Below the pieces are notes generated by a model. The model saw nothing but the letters and a program-made list of their open reading frames with translations, did no database searches and was not told the DNA's origin. Of a stretch of 64,000 nucleotides of DNA, positions 1-42,331 are shown piece after piece; position 1 is the first letter of the stretch, and every line of letters starts with the position of its first letter. The stretch spans positions 558,001 to 622,000 of the forward strand of contig JBBPEB010000029.1 of the NCBI GenBank assembly GCA_039096225.1, written 5' to 3'. Origin of the DNA: Blastocystis sp. Blastoise. Lineage: Eukaryota; Protista; Bigyra: Opalinata. A program made the position numbers and the translations under genes.

Positions 1-377
1 TTTTCTGGTCTGACTTTATCGCCAATGAAGCGTGAAAATTAATTGCGCAAAATAGTCTGGCCAAAAACACGAGGGATGATAAAGACAGGTTTGTGTCGGA
101 TTTAGGCAACTTTTAGGACATGGAAAGTGATAACAAAAAGTATAATTATGAAGTAGTTTCTTCATGAAATTTGATGACTGTCAATGTACACAACAACTTT
201 TTAATTCTAATCTTTGTAAAAAATAACAATACATTTGATATAATAATTTTAAATATATTTATATTTTTAATTAGTTATATATCAAAAGTTTATATTCTTT
301 GTTTCAAAGGATATTAAGTGCAATTTGCATTATTTCATACATTTTTTTTTATAAATTAGCATTATATTTATTGAATC

Positions 378-8951
<8,574 letters not shown>

Positions 8952-10161
8952 TTTCTTTTATTGCTTTTTTGTTATTATTGTTGTTAATTACATTTTTTTT
9001 TTACTTTTCAACACATATAGTAACTTTTTTTGTTTTTTATTCTCTATGATTTTCTCTTTCTATTCAAATATTCTATTGTGTTCACTATTCCTATTATCAA
9101 TTTTCATTTGTTTTTAATTTTTTATTACTTTTTCCTTTTTTAAACTCATTTATTTATTATTTATTTATAACGTTCTCATTCTACCTTTTCTTATTAGTTC
9201 TTTTCTTAATTACTAAAATCAATTTCATGTTTCTTGTTACGTTTCTTGCTAAATTTCTTATATGATGTCATCAATCTATTATAGAGTAGAAACAACATTT
9301 AAAACATATTTTTTCAAACATTATATATTTCAGTTATGTGTTATCCAGATAAAAAGTAATTTTTGTAGATATTTTCTTTTCAAACTATTATTTTTTCTTA
9401 ATCTTGATTTTTGTGTTAATTTTATTATAAATACTTAAAATGGATACATTCTTGATTACTATAGTATAATATAATGTATTTTTCAGCTCTTTTCGAGCCA
9501 TATAAACTAATAACGAAAATTAATGAATATTTCTTTAAATACATATAACTTTTCCTTTCTTATTAGAATCCCTTTATATGCCATCGAAGCAATAACACCA
9601 CTTATTTAGAAAACAAAACATAACAGATCATTTTAAGTCGTTCTAAAACTAAATAAATAGTTCTTTTATTGCTACATAAAGGTTACATATCGCATTCCAA
9701 TTCATAATTCTAATTGAAATGAATTAAAGAAAAACATTGTATTTTATATTATGAAATTTTTTCTCTAAAAGTTTTCCAAAAATAGATACCACACTGTCCT
9801 TAATAAGAAATAATATATATAAGTGAGAAAAACAAGGTATGAAATGGGCAATAGTCAATTATTGTGAATGGTCTGTTGATAAAGGAGTTCTTCCAAAGAA
9901 AAAATGTAAATAATCAGGATTATGTCAAAAAGAAAAGGACCCAAATTAGATGGTTTTTATTGGTCTACTTAAAGAGAAGCCAATGATTTATTTTGAATTT
10001 TATAGGACCATATTGACCTATATTTGGTTTTTATTCAAAAAATTTGTATAAAATAAAAATGAATAAGGTACCATATTTCATAACTTATAGAAGAATTTTT
10101 TTGATGGTCTTTGGTACAATTAATAAATTGCTGTATTTCATATTTTGTGTGTGGAAAAGAA

Positions 10162-11390
10162 ATGGCTGTTGGTAAGTTATTAATGAATAGATATACTTGT
10201 CTCTTATCTTTATGTTTTTTCTCGAACTTGAAATATCTAACTTGATTGATTGTTCATTTATTTGTTGGTAAGAATAGTAAAGTATTCAAGAAGGCTAACC
10301 GTAAGCGTATTGTTGATCCTATGACCAAAAAGGAATGGTACGATCTCCGTGCTACTTCTCAATTTAAGGTTCGTGATTTTGGTAAGACCTTTGTTGCTCG
10401 TACTGCTGGTCTCAAGATTGCTTCTGATGAACTTAAGGGTCGTGTCATTGAAGCCAATCTTGCTGATCTCATGAAGGACGAAACCTATGGTAATCGTAAC
10501 ATTAAGATGCGTATTGAAGATGTTCAAGGATGTTATTTACAAAATAATAAAACAAAATAAAGATATTATTATAAATTATGCGTTCATTTGTTAAAATATA
10601 TATATATTTATCTTATTTTTTAATTTATTTAGGGTGATAAGTGCCTTACTCTTTTCTATGGTATGAATTTAACTCGTGATAACCTCTGTTCTTTAATTAA
10701 GAAATGGAAGTCTCTTATTGAAGCTGCTGTTGATGTAACTACCACTGATGGTTACAAATTCAGAGTTTTCACTATTGCTTTCACTAAGAAACAACCTAAT
10801 CAAGTTAAGAAGACCTGTTATGCTAAATCTTCTAAGATTCATGCTCTTCGTGCTAAGATGGTAAAGATTGTCTCTGATGAACTCAACAAAGTTGATCACA
10901 ACGAAGCTGTCAAGAAGTTCGATGTTTTTATTATTATCTATTTATAATTAGTTATTATATAATAATTTATTATTTATGTAATAATAAATAGTTTTATTTT
11001 TTATTATAAAATCATAACTAATTGGCATTTATATATATATTTCATTATTTTATATATAAATATTAGTATTTAATATCGATATTTTATATATATATATTTA
11101 AAGAATTTATTATATTATTATCTATCAATAAATCTATATTTAGCGTTTCCAATTCTATTTCTAAGAAGATGGAAAAGGCTTGCAATGGTATTTTCCCCGT
11201 TGAAAACGTCCTCATCCGTAAGGTGAAGATGCTTAAGTCTCCTCACTTTGATATCACTAAACTCATGGAACAACATGTAGATGTTGAAACCCCTGAAGAA
11301 GGTGCTCCCGTTGAACGTGAAGAAGCTGCTCCCGTCGAAGCCACTGTTGAAGCTGCTGCTGCTGCTATCGCCGCTGGTGGCCGTTTATAA
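10162..11390 (+). CDS. RPS3A: 40S ribosomal protein S3a (eS1), 4 exons
   Basis: [88 protein letters not shown]; C/G-ending codon bias typical of a highly expressed gene. Confidence 0.97.
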
Positions 11391-11800
11391 ATAACAAAAC
11401 CATTAATTTTCTGACCATACACAGCAATAGATACTATTTTTTTTTGTTTTTTCTTTTTGACATTTTTAACGAATGAAATGTTTTTTGAAGAAATTAAACA
11501 ATTATTGATTGAATCAATTAATTATTATTATTTTGTTGTCGACTCTAAACATATGTATATAAAATCTTTGTATTTTTTAATGAAATTAATTGAAATTAAA
11601 TAGTGTGGGGGAAACAAATAACTAAAAACAAAGTTATATGAAAAATAAATTGATGATGAATATACAAGGAGATTAAGAGGATGAAAGAAAAAGAATAATA
11701 ACTTCTATACAACATAATTAAAATAATAATTTATATACAACGCACTGTAAACAAAAGTAAAAAAAATTAAAAAAAAAAAGAATAATAATTGATATAAATA

Positions 11801-14176
<2,376 letters not shown>

Positions 14177-14374
14177 TATGTTGGATTACTTCTATTTATT
14201 ATTCTATCTTGACGTATACAGTAAGAAAAACAAGTAGTCTGTAACAAAAAAACCGAAAAACACGGGAATTCTGGATTATCATATTTTATTATCATATTTT
14301 TTCACGATTTTTTATTTTCGTAGATTTCTTGTTTTCTTATATCTATTTTGTTTATTGTCCTTTATAAGATTAAA
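14177..14374. promoter_or_regulatory. Short divergent (bidirectional) promoter region between the CTDSPL2-like gene and PI4KA
   Basis: Head-to-head start codons 198 bp apart; contains CACGGGAA at 14261. Confidence 0.5.
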
Positions 14375-25491
<11,117 letters not shown>

Positions 25492-25949
25492 ATACTATTT
25501 ATATATACATTAAAAATTTTTAGTGATTTTTTTTTTATAGTATTTATTATATATGTTTTATTTTATTTCCAGCCGTTTTTTATATATAGATCAGTTTATA
25601 TATATAAGATTAATTATGAATTGAATTAAAAAAGAAGTGTTTTGTTTATATAAATTATTAAAATAATATGATTATATTTTAAGAAACTATTTTAATGTAC
25701 AAAACAAATGAATTCATGAATAACTCAAAAAACCAAAAATAATATATAATTATATATATATATTAATAGAATAAATAAATAAAAAACTAATTGAAAAAGA
25801 ATAAAAGACGATATATATAGTCTTAAATAAAAAATTATATTCTATAGAAAACTCACTCTTATGTATCTTGATCTTTTAACCTAGTTGATTGGCTATAATG
25901 ACTTTTTATACAATCAATTAATTTTAAATATCAAAATATTGAATAATGA

Positions 25950-26106
25950 TTATTGCCTTCTATATAATCTTATTCCCACAAAACAAAGAATAGCTAGTAA
26001 ACCAGTAAGTATAACACTTCCTGAACTTAAAGAAGAATATTTCTGCTATAGAATATAATATATAAATAATATGTATGTATTATCAATTCAAATAGTTTTT
26101 GATTAT

Positions 26107-26153
<47 letters not shown>

Positions 26154-26909
26154 ATTTTTTTGTGCATCGTTATGAGCCCATTGAAAGAGATCTGTTGGGG
26201 ATCGTCGCCTTAGGAATCGATCTAGGAATATATAATAATAATAAAGATAATGATAACGTTGATAATAAAGATAATAATAATAATAATAATAAATATAATA
26301 ATAATATATATATGTATATATAAACTAATAATTATAAAAAATGCAACATACATTTATCTTTAACTGGTTTATGTGAATAAATACAATCAGAATAAGGACA
26401 ATCTTCACCTCTCTCAACAAAAGGACATAAAGTTTCTATATATGAGAAAATAATTATAATTTAAATGAAAAACAAAATAAAAAAATATAAATAAAAATTA
26501 CTTTTACAACTGGATCTGAAATTATGAATTTCTTTATTCTTTTCGTCGTCGTTATGTATCATTCGAGACGAAGGAACCACTAATCGAACATAAACTCCAC
26601 AAATTGGACAATTTTTCGCCTAAAGATGTTTAACGAATGATGACAAAGAAAATAACATATAGATACATCAGATAAGAATCGATTCTTTCTTCTTAACGCA
26701 ATACAATTCATACAAAAACAATGATGACACTCTAAAATTAGACTTATTCATTCTAATAAGCTTTAATATACCTTCCATAATACCTATTTTGCGTTGACGA
26801 CAAGGTTTGAATGTCTCGTTACATATCGAACACGTAAAGACATCATCAACTTTTCCTTTCTATATATAAATACTATTTTTATATAGTAGCAGTTATCATA
26901 TACTTCCAT
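25950..26909 (-). CDS. Makorin-like C3HC4 RING + C3H zinc-finger protein with a C-terminal hydrophobic tail; not in the ORF track
   Basis: Seven exons give CSICNETF..RKIGIMEECHHCFCMNCI..KNCPICGVYVRLVVPS..EKNKEI..CPFVERGEDCPYSDCIYSH..SGSVILTGLLAILCFVGIRLYRRQ*. Confidence 0.75.
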
Positions 26910-27458
26910 CCACAATTATATTCTAGTATAGTACTCTATAAATATCGAACAGTCAATTTATAAAAAAATGTTTTTCCATTAATTTCCCAATAAAAAGAAC
27001 TTCTTTTCACTGGAACAATAATATTTTTTTTTCATTAATCATTTTTTAGTTCATTTTTATAATTTTTTATAAATCCTACGTATATCAAGCTTTAAAGTAT
27101 ATTTTCATATATTCTATTTTATTATAAAGCGTTTTAAGATATTTATTTAAAAGGATCAGTGACAAACGTCATTCGTCATAAAACTGTTGAAAACCCAATT
27201 TAAAAAAGATTGACAAATATACATTTGTTATGACTTGATTTTGAGACTATCTACAAAATTCTTCTTCTTGAATTACAAACTAAATCATATAAATAATATG
27301 TACAGAAACAAAATGTTGTTATTAGAAAAGATCAGGAATAATCACTTAAAAATGGAGATATTCTCAAGATAATCACGATTAGTCGTTATTTGTGGGACTT
27401 TCATGGTTGCTAAACTTTTTTATATTATTAAATATATTTTTGAAGAGATTCCATAAAT

Positions 27459-29519
27459 ATGAATATTAGTTTAAGTGGATTATTAAATAAAAGTCTTCGT
27501 GAATTTATTCGTGGTGTTCGTGCTGCTAAAACAGCTGCTGAAGAACGTTCCGTAATATCTAAAGAAGCTGCTTATATTCGTTCTGCTTTCCGTGAAGATG
27601 AAAAGAAAACTCAAGCTGTGAATATGTCTAAACTTCTTTTCATTCACTTAATGGGCTATCCTGCTCATTTTGGTCAGATGGAATCTTTAAAATTAATTGC
27701 TAGTCCTAGATATTCTGATAAACGTATCGGTTATCTTTCTCTTGTATTACTTTTGAATGAAGATGCTGAAGTATTCTTATTAATTGTTAATTCTATTAAA
27801 AATGATATCCGTGATTCTGATCCGTATGTAAATTTTAGCATCACTTATATATTATAATTCAATTTTTATATTCTGCTTTTTCTAAAAATTAAATTATTGA
27901 TTCTATTTGTAATTTAGTTATATTTCTGGATTAGCTCTTACTGCTGCTGGTAATATTTGTTCTGAACCCATGGCTCGTGATATCTTTAATGATGTAGCTC
28001 TTCGTTTAGATAGCTCTAATCCTTTCCTTAAAAAGAAAGCTTGTCTTTGTCTTATTACTTTATTAGGAAAAGTATATATATATTTTTTATTTTATTTATA
28101 TTATTGTATATGCTTGTATTGTGTTTATTTTTATTTTATTTTATTTATTTTTATTTATATTTTATATATATATATAATATAGGTCCCTGATTTATTTGAT
28201 AATGTAGTTAAGAAGTTACCCCAATTAATTGTAGAAGAGGATCATGGTGTTCTTATTAGTGGTATATATATATATTATTATTATTATTATTAATTTATTA
28301 TTAATTTTATTATTATAAATTAATTCTACTATTTATTCTTATTTAAAAGAAAATATATCTAAATATATAATATATATAGGTTTATCATTAATTCATTATT
28401 CACTTACTAATTTCCCTGAATATATCCCCAAATTTAGAAAGTTAGTACCTCGTTTACAGAAGCGTTTAAGAACTATTATAAGTGGTGGTTATAAGAGTGA
28501 ACATAGTGTTACTGGTGTTCCTGATCCATTCTTACAAGTAGAAATATTAAAATTATTATCTTTATTATGTCACGGTGATGTTGATTCTAGTGATATTCTT
28601 AGTGATATTCTTGCTTTAGTATATTATTATTATGTTTATTATTATGTGTATTATTATGTTATTATTATGTTTATTATTATATACTATTATTATAAATTTT
28701 ATTATTTTTTAGTATATATATATAAATATCTTCATATTTATATAGATTGCTACTAAAACTGATTCTTCCTGTATGGCAGGAAATGCTGTTCTTTATGAAG
28801 CTGTTCGTGTATATATATATTATATGTTATATTATATTTATAGTATAATATTTATAATGTAATATATTATATATAAAATATATATAGTGTATATTAAATA
28901 TTGAAGCTTCTCAAGGTCAAATTATTTTAGCGGGAAATATTCTTGGAAAATTTTTAACTTCAAGTGATAATAATATTCGTTATGTTGCTCTTTCTATGCT
29001 TCGTGTTATGGTCGATATAGATCACCAAGCTGTTTCAAGATATAGAAACACAATTATTGCTTGCTTAAAAGAGAATGATATATCTCTTCAAAGACGTGCT
29101 TTAGAATTAGTATTCGCATTAGTTAATAAGAAAAATGTTGAAGAATTAGTTGAAGAATTATTAGCTTATCTTGTATATATATAGTATTATATATTATATA
29201 TTATATATTATTATAAGTGTTAATCTATTATTTAAAATATATATATATTTCAAGAATATGTTATTTCTATAATAATATATATATATATATATATATAGTG
29301 TACTTTAGAAGAAGAGGATGCTAAAGATAATTTAATTTCTAGAATTACTTCTTTAGTTCAACGTTATAACCCTAGTAGTAAATGGCAATTAAATACATTA
29401 TTAAAGATATTAACTATTACTACTCATCGTGTTAATGAAGAAGTATTTAGTACCATGGTTAGTATTGTTGGAGAAAATGAAGACGAACTAGCTCCTTTTA
29501 TTGTATTTATATATATATA

Positions 29520-29582
<63 letters not shown>

Positions 29583-30320
29583 TATATTATTTATATTATT
29601 ACACATATTATTATATTATTACACATATTAATATCTCTTTATTATCTCTTTATTATCTCTTTATTATATCTTTATTATCTCTTTATTATATCTTTATTAT
29701 TATATATAATATCTTTAATAATACTCTATATAGTAAAAATATTTTATATATATAGGTTAAGAAATTATATAATTGTTTTAATGCTGATATTAATAATATT
29801 GCTTTAAATCAAGTAGCTTTATGGATTCTTGGTGAATATGGTGATGAAATAGAAACAGAAGAAGAAATGACATCCGTCTTAAATACTATTCAGACTATTA
29901 CTGAAAGTGTTTATACTGATGCTAAAACTTTATGTATTTATTTATATTGATATTTATATCTTATTATTATTTACTACTTTCTATATTTCATTTTTATTAT
30001 CCTTATAACTATATATATATATAGGTATATGTTTAGTAACATTATTAAAATTACGTGATCGTTTTGGAAGTGAATATGCTGATGATATTATGAATATTAT
30101 GGAACCCCTTCGAACTAATGATAATGTTGAAGTTCAACAAAGAGCATGCGAGTATATATATATATATATATATTATTATTATTTAATCTATTATATATGC
30201 TATATTTATTATTATATAGATATTATGTTTTATTAGATGATGAATATTCCGAAGCACGTGATTTTGTTCTTGATAGAATGCCTATTTTAGATTTATTTAA
30301 TATTAGAGTATATAGAATAT

Positions 30321-30395
<75 letters not shown>

Positions 30396-30849
30396 TATAT
30401 AAAGGCTAAACGTGATGCTGCTTTGAAAGAAGATGCGTTGACTGAAGATGAATATGAAGAAGAAGAAGAAGAAGAAGAAGTAGCTACTTATAAAGAAAAA
30501 CCGTATATATAATATATACAATAATATACTATTTTTAATAATAATAATAATATATATATATATATATATAGTCGTAGCCATAAGGATTATACTCGTGAAG
30601 AAGATGAACCTATTGAAGATTTATTAGGATTAATGGACTTTGATAATCACGGGGATAATACTAATTCTAAAGCAACTACAGCCAAAGCACCAGAATCTTC
30701 TACATTAGATGATATATTTGGTACTAGTACTATTAGTGCTCCTGCTGTTTCCACTGTTTCCACTTCTAATGATTTTGATATGATGGGTGATTTAATGGGA
30801 TCAATTAACGATACTAAACGTATATATATATATTATTAAAATTATTATT

Positions 30850-30922
<73 letters not shown>

Positions 30923-31637
30923 ACCTTCTCCTGCACCTGTTGAAGAAGAAGAAGAAGAGGAAGAGGAAGAAGAAGAAGAAGATGGTATATATATAATAAT
31001 AATAATAATAATGAAAATAATCATAAAGTTATTAAGCTAAATAATAATAATAATAATAAAAATAATAATATATATATATAGATGTTTATTATAAGGATGA
31101 TAATATAAGTATTCGCTGTTTATTTAAAGATCAAGGTGATAGAGAATGGCTTTGTAGATGTATATATAAGAATATAAGTAAATATACTATCGATAATTTT
31201 GATGTTAATGTGTCTGTTCCTAAAGTATATATATACATATATATATAATCTTCTTATTCTACTTTTTATTATTAATATCATAGAATTTTTATATTTTTAT
31301 TGTTAAGATTAATATTATCAATATATGTTTAAAAATAATATAATACTAATAATTATATATATAGTTCATGAAGAATCAAGCTAAAGCTCCTACTGGCGAT
31401 AGTATTTCTGTTGGTGAAGAAATTACACAATTATTAAAATTAAAGAATACTTCGGATGATGTATATATATACATATTTATACTATATGTATTATTATTAT
31501 TATTAATATATTTATAAAATACTAATTATATATATATATAGAATGCTTCTATATTTAAGTTAAAGATAACATTTGAATGTGATGGTGATGATATTAAAGT
31601 TGCTCCTGTTATTGAAATACCTGAAGATGATATGTAA
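27459..31637 (+). CDS. AP1G1: AP-1 complex gamma adaptin
   Basis: LREFIRGVRAAKTAAEERSVISKEAAYIR, LMGYPAHFGQMESLKLIAS, DKRIGYL, VPDPFLQVEILKLL, DNNIRYVAL, VEVQQRACEY; acidic hinge and ear domain. Confidence 0.95.
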
Positions 31638-32583
31638 TTTATTATATAATAATATTATTATTATTATCAAATATATTTATTAGAATATTCATATATATAT
31701 ATTTATTTATATAATTTTTATTCAACAAATAATATGATTTTTATAAGTATCATTTTCTATTATACTGTTTCATATAAAGTCACATTTCGTTTTGTTTATT
31801 AAGTTGTAAATTATGAGTATATTACTTTATTTTTAAGAATAGGTATTTATTAGAAAATATTTTTTTTTTAACAATAAATAATGGATAACAGTGACTAGTT
31901 ATTACATATATACGTATAGAATCAATTTATCATTTCATAACATACAAAAATTATATTAAAACAGTTTTTCTATAAGTGATTGTTGTCAATTCAAAAAATA
32001 ACTAGAATTATGACGATCATATTCGAATAAAAGAGATGGTATAGAGGTAAATATATCTGAAGTCCTTTATTGTGATCGATTATTCTAATAGAAACACACT
32101 TCTTTGACCGATGAGTACGTAAATAGGAAAAATCTCAATTAGAATGTTAGAACCATGCTGTATCACATGACAACATCTCATTTTTAGAAACGAGATCAAG
32201 ACAAAATAGAAAAAATCAATTAATTTCAATTGTATTCTTATATAATTCTTTTTTTTATCAATCTCTCAAAAAATCTCAAAAAAATGGAAACATTCTCGTT
32301 TTAAGAATCATCCAATAAAATAAAATACAAGTGAAGAAATACCAATTATTCTTGATTATTTTTAAATCTTATTCATTCAGATTTATGCCGTCATATTAAA
32401 ATCTTTTAAAGAGGGAGATTACAGATGACAGAGACAGTACTACCTTTATTATTGTAATTCTATTCTTTTATATAAAAATTTTATTTTGTTAATAAAAGTA
32501 TGTATCTAGAATATAGCTTGCGTTTTACAAAATTATTATTAATTAGTTACCTATATCTATCATTTTTGCTTTATCTAGTTAAG

Positions 32584-37838
<5,255 letters not shown>

Positions 37839-38903
37839 ATAGACATTATAAGTAATTAAAAATCATTGACTATATTCTTTTTCTTTACTGAATATTCTAT
37901 CGTGATTTGTATATATGTTTATATATATATAATTCGAAATATCATCATTTAATCACCTTGTTTTGTTAATACATTAAATTATAAATCTATATTCATTACA
38001 CAAAACAATATATATGTGTTATTATATAAAAAGACATTTCAACAATAATAAAAATGAAATATATATTTTTTATTATATATATATATTTTTTTAATTTTCT
38101 TTTATTATGTACTAATATCTCTTTTATACAATATAATAAATAATTTAAAAAAATACATTTCTATCATCTTTTAAAGCTTATTTACCTAACTATATTCTAA
38201 TTTTTCCATTCTTTAAAAAAAAAAAATATTATCATATATTCCAGTAATGATTGTATGAATAGCAATTATATATATTTCAAAAATGAAAGATAGTTAAAAT
38301 AATGAATACCATGGTTTTAACAACAAAATTATATTTAATAAGAAATTATTATTTTGTGTGCTGAGGATGATAAATAAGAAATATAATACTCATCTGGAAT
38401 AATTATCTTAGGAGTATCTAAACATTAAGAGGATAGAAAGCCTTTGAAGTAAATTGTATTTAATGATGTCGTCGGCAGTATGAAAATAAAATATTTAGGC
38501 ATTATATGCTAATCTGCATGAGTACATTGTACTGAATGATATAAGAATTTTAAAGTATAAGCCAATCATGATTTGAGTCAAATGAGCTTCACATTACAGT
38601 ATTGAAGTTTTTCTTTTCATTAGTTTGCTTTCCCAATCGTTGTTAAATATATTCATGCTTATAAAAATACACATGGAATACTAATAACTCAATAAAAGCA
38701 AATAAATAAAACAGTACAAAAACAAGTTTTGAAATTTTTATTTTGATGGTGGCGTCAGCAATATATAAATATTACTGAGAAAAAGCAATTTTTTTATTAA
38801 AGTTGATTCTGTCAAATTAAAAGTATATAAATACAAAAGTAATTAATATTTACAATGAACATTTCTAGTTTATAAATTATCTTGAAATTAGAACAACGAA
38901 AAG

Positions 38904-40295
38904 ATGAATATAATGTACATTGGCATGATTATCGTTATTCTACTGATACAAGTTGATACTGTATACATGAAATTAACTAAAGGTATGGTTTTACACACTG
39001 CTTAAAAGCTTTATATATCATCTAGTATTAAAAGAGAATAAGAATCGCAACAAGAATTCCACTAGATATCAAGGTAATTTCCTTTATTTTATAGATAACA
39101 TTTTTTTTCTATACGATCTGTTGTTATCTATGTGTTTATATATATAGATAATATAAAATTTAAAAAATCCCAAAATGGTATTAATGTTTTGAATAAAGAT
39201 ACGGTTATATCAATGGCTAATACAAACAATAAGACTATTCAAATTATGAATAATGAAACTGCATTTACTTCAAACATGACTAATTCTGTGGTTGTTGGAG
39301 TTCTATCTTATGCTTATTTAAATGATATGAAGCCATCTCTATTTGAAGAAAAAGAATTTGCAAATTCTAATATTGCTTCTGCTGCTTTCAATCAATCAAA
39401 AATAAAAAGTTATCATTATCAACGATATCCTACAAGTCAAGAACAAACATCTGTCTTTCGTTATATGCCTACAGTCTTCAATTATTCTTCAGATACTCGT
39501 TTTTCCTTTTATAGTTTACCTAGAATTATTAGAACCCATCAATATAATTCTAATTATACAATATTTGGATTTTTAAAATCCAGTTATAGTAGAAAAGAAA
39601 ATCGTCAAATGATACGTAAAACGTTCTTAAACTTTGAAACAATTCCTGAATTGAAAGATAAAGTGAAAATATTTTTTATTATAGGACATAATGGAGATAG
39701 TACAGCAATAAATACATTATTAGAAGAACAAGAACAATATAATGATTTGGTTATTACTAATGTTGTTGATACCTATCAGAATCTAACAATAAAAACAATG
39801 ATGGCTGAAGATTTATTTATTTCATTAAATATAACTTCAGAATATTATATGTCAATTGATGATGATGTTTGTGTAGATTTCAGAAGAATAATAAGTATAT
39901 TACCAACATTTCCAAAAACTAAATTTTATGGTGGTTCTATTCTTAAAGCTATTCCATCTGATGATCCTATGGGTGTTCATGGAGTTTCTAGTAAACTTCT
40001 TCCAAATCCAATTCATTTTGCTGTCGGACCTGCTTATATCATTTCAAAAGATGTTATTGAATGTCATATAAAGAAATTAAAAGAAATGAAAGGATTATTT
40101 CATGTAGATGATGCATTTATAGGATATATTTCTTCATTATGTGAAGCATTTCCTAAAAGTATACCTCGTTGGATGGGTAGAGGCCAAAGTATGGTTGGAC
40201 ATTCAATGAAATTCTCTTCTCGAGAATATTGTACAGCACATAGTTTAAAGAAACATCAAGAATTATATGAAGTTTGTTCAAGCGTATATAAGTAA
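38904..40295 (+). CDS. GT31 beta-1,3-galactosyltransferase-like type II membrane protein
   Basis: N-terminal hydrophobic segment; RQMIRKTF, EQEQYNDL..VDTYQNLTIKT, SIDDD (DxD), GPAYIIS, DDAFIG; two short 5' introns. Confidence 0.85.
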
Positions 40296-42331
40296 TGATA
40301 TTTCTCAATTTATTTTCTTTTATTCAAATTTTTATATTTATATGAATTTGTTTTGATTATATGTACTGATATATATCAGTATATAAATATATTGTAGTTT
40401 GTAATACCTGTAATAAACTATTTTCTTCTTCTTTTATGATTGATTATTGTTTTATTCTTAATAAATTGTTGTTTTATTTAAATAAGAATAATTAGTTTTA
40501 GAGAAAAAAGTAAAAACACTATTTTGTTTTTTAACAAAAATAAATTTAATAATATATATTCTTTAAAGTATTTATTAATGATTATTTGCAATAATACTTA
40601 TTCGAATTATTTATATGAATTGCTGCTATAAAAAATAAAGAATATTTTTTAACATTATTGTACAAATCATCAAATCATTTAGTCATAATATAGGATATAA
40701 CCTAAAATAATTATTGAGATAAAAACATCAACAAATAATAAGAACAAAAAGAGTAATAACTCTTGCATTTGCTATTGAAAAATATTTGAGTTCAAATTAA
40801 TTATGAACAACTACTTATAAACAAATAGTACATAATTGTAGCAAAATCTATGAATGCTGATCATGTATAAATCCATTATAAATTGATGTATTATCATAAT
40901 CAAGTCAAGAAATATTGTCAAAAAAATTATGAAACAGAATAAGAGGGGATATCTGATTGTATGCATGCAGAAGATACGATTAGTGTTTGTAATAAGATCC
41001 TGAACTCATTCTCTTTCTTTTTGAAAACAATCATTAGATCAGTGTTTATATATAATTATATAATTTGTTACGTTCTTATAAGGAATAATATCTTAATAGA
41101 AATATGATGTCAACATAGATATATATAGTATTATTCTAGATATATAGTCAAAATAGTTGAAAAGAAAATAAACAGGATTATTAGGTTTTTAATTGTATTT
41201 TTTGTAAATAACCGCAGTTATTAAAACCACATTCATGAATTGATTCTAGGGTTTTATGGCTTTATTTCAAAGAAAGATGATGCAAAATAATAATCTAGTA
41301 ACAAAGTTAAACCAATGAAAACGAAACACAATGGTGATTGATACTTATACATTGTGATGAAATGTAAGAAGTGTTCGCTGTTGTTTGATAATTGTTCTAA
41401 GTTATTACTGGCAGTTTTCTAATTATCTAAATTCTAATAATTGATTGTATGAAGGTAGAAATATTTTTTGATGTTTTGGATTAGTTTTTTCTAGGCTATA
41501 AATATATTTATGAATCTTTAAATGATGTCAACTATGAAGAAAAATATGCGTTTTCAATATTAAGATTAAAAGAAAACAATTTATTTCTTATCCTTTGAGA
41601 AATGGCCTGAGATTGTTTCTACAATTCATATATTAAAATATAATACTTTCCGGTGAATAAAATAATAATAGTATTGAGTTTCAAAACGGATGACAAAAAT
41701 TATAGTTCTTTTTATTTATTATGTTTATTAATATTGATGAGAAACGGCTATTCATGAAAGAATAGATTAAGTAATATGAATCTTATTGAATATATATGTT
41801 ATTGGATGATTAGTGATAGTTACATAATTTCTTTTAATAGAATATAAATAAGAAAAAATTGATATTTTCTTTTATCATAATATAGTACATATTAAAAAAA
41901 ACAAAAATAATAAGAGTTTATATAGTTGTTGAATATAGAGTAGAATATATATGTAAAAAAAATTTTAGTCATAAAGAACTTATTAGAAATAGTCAATATT
42001 GAATACATTTTTCAAGTATTATTCTTCTGTTCTCTTCTTCATATTTGAAATGATATTCTTCATGAAATATAAAATGTATTAGCAATTCAATATATTCTAT
42101 AAAGACATAACACATATAAATTTTTACAAATTCAATTTTAATACAGATATATATAAAGCAAAAAACATATATATGACTAACTAAACTAAAAAACAAAAAG
42201 AAAAATTGTTTGCTCATTTAATCTAAGTGAATACATTTATCTTTTATTTCAATTACTTATATATATCCATTGATTTAGAATATGTCAAGAAAGCATATAC
42301 AATTATGAATAGAATAGAATATATGTTATTC

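Noticed and set aside
40296-42331. 2-kb gene-free stretch and ORF 41993-42217
   Set aside because: No recognisable motif, exon chain, terminal repeats or RNA structure
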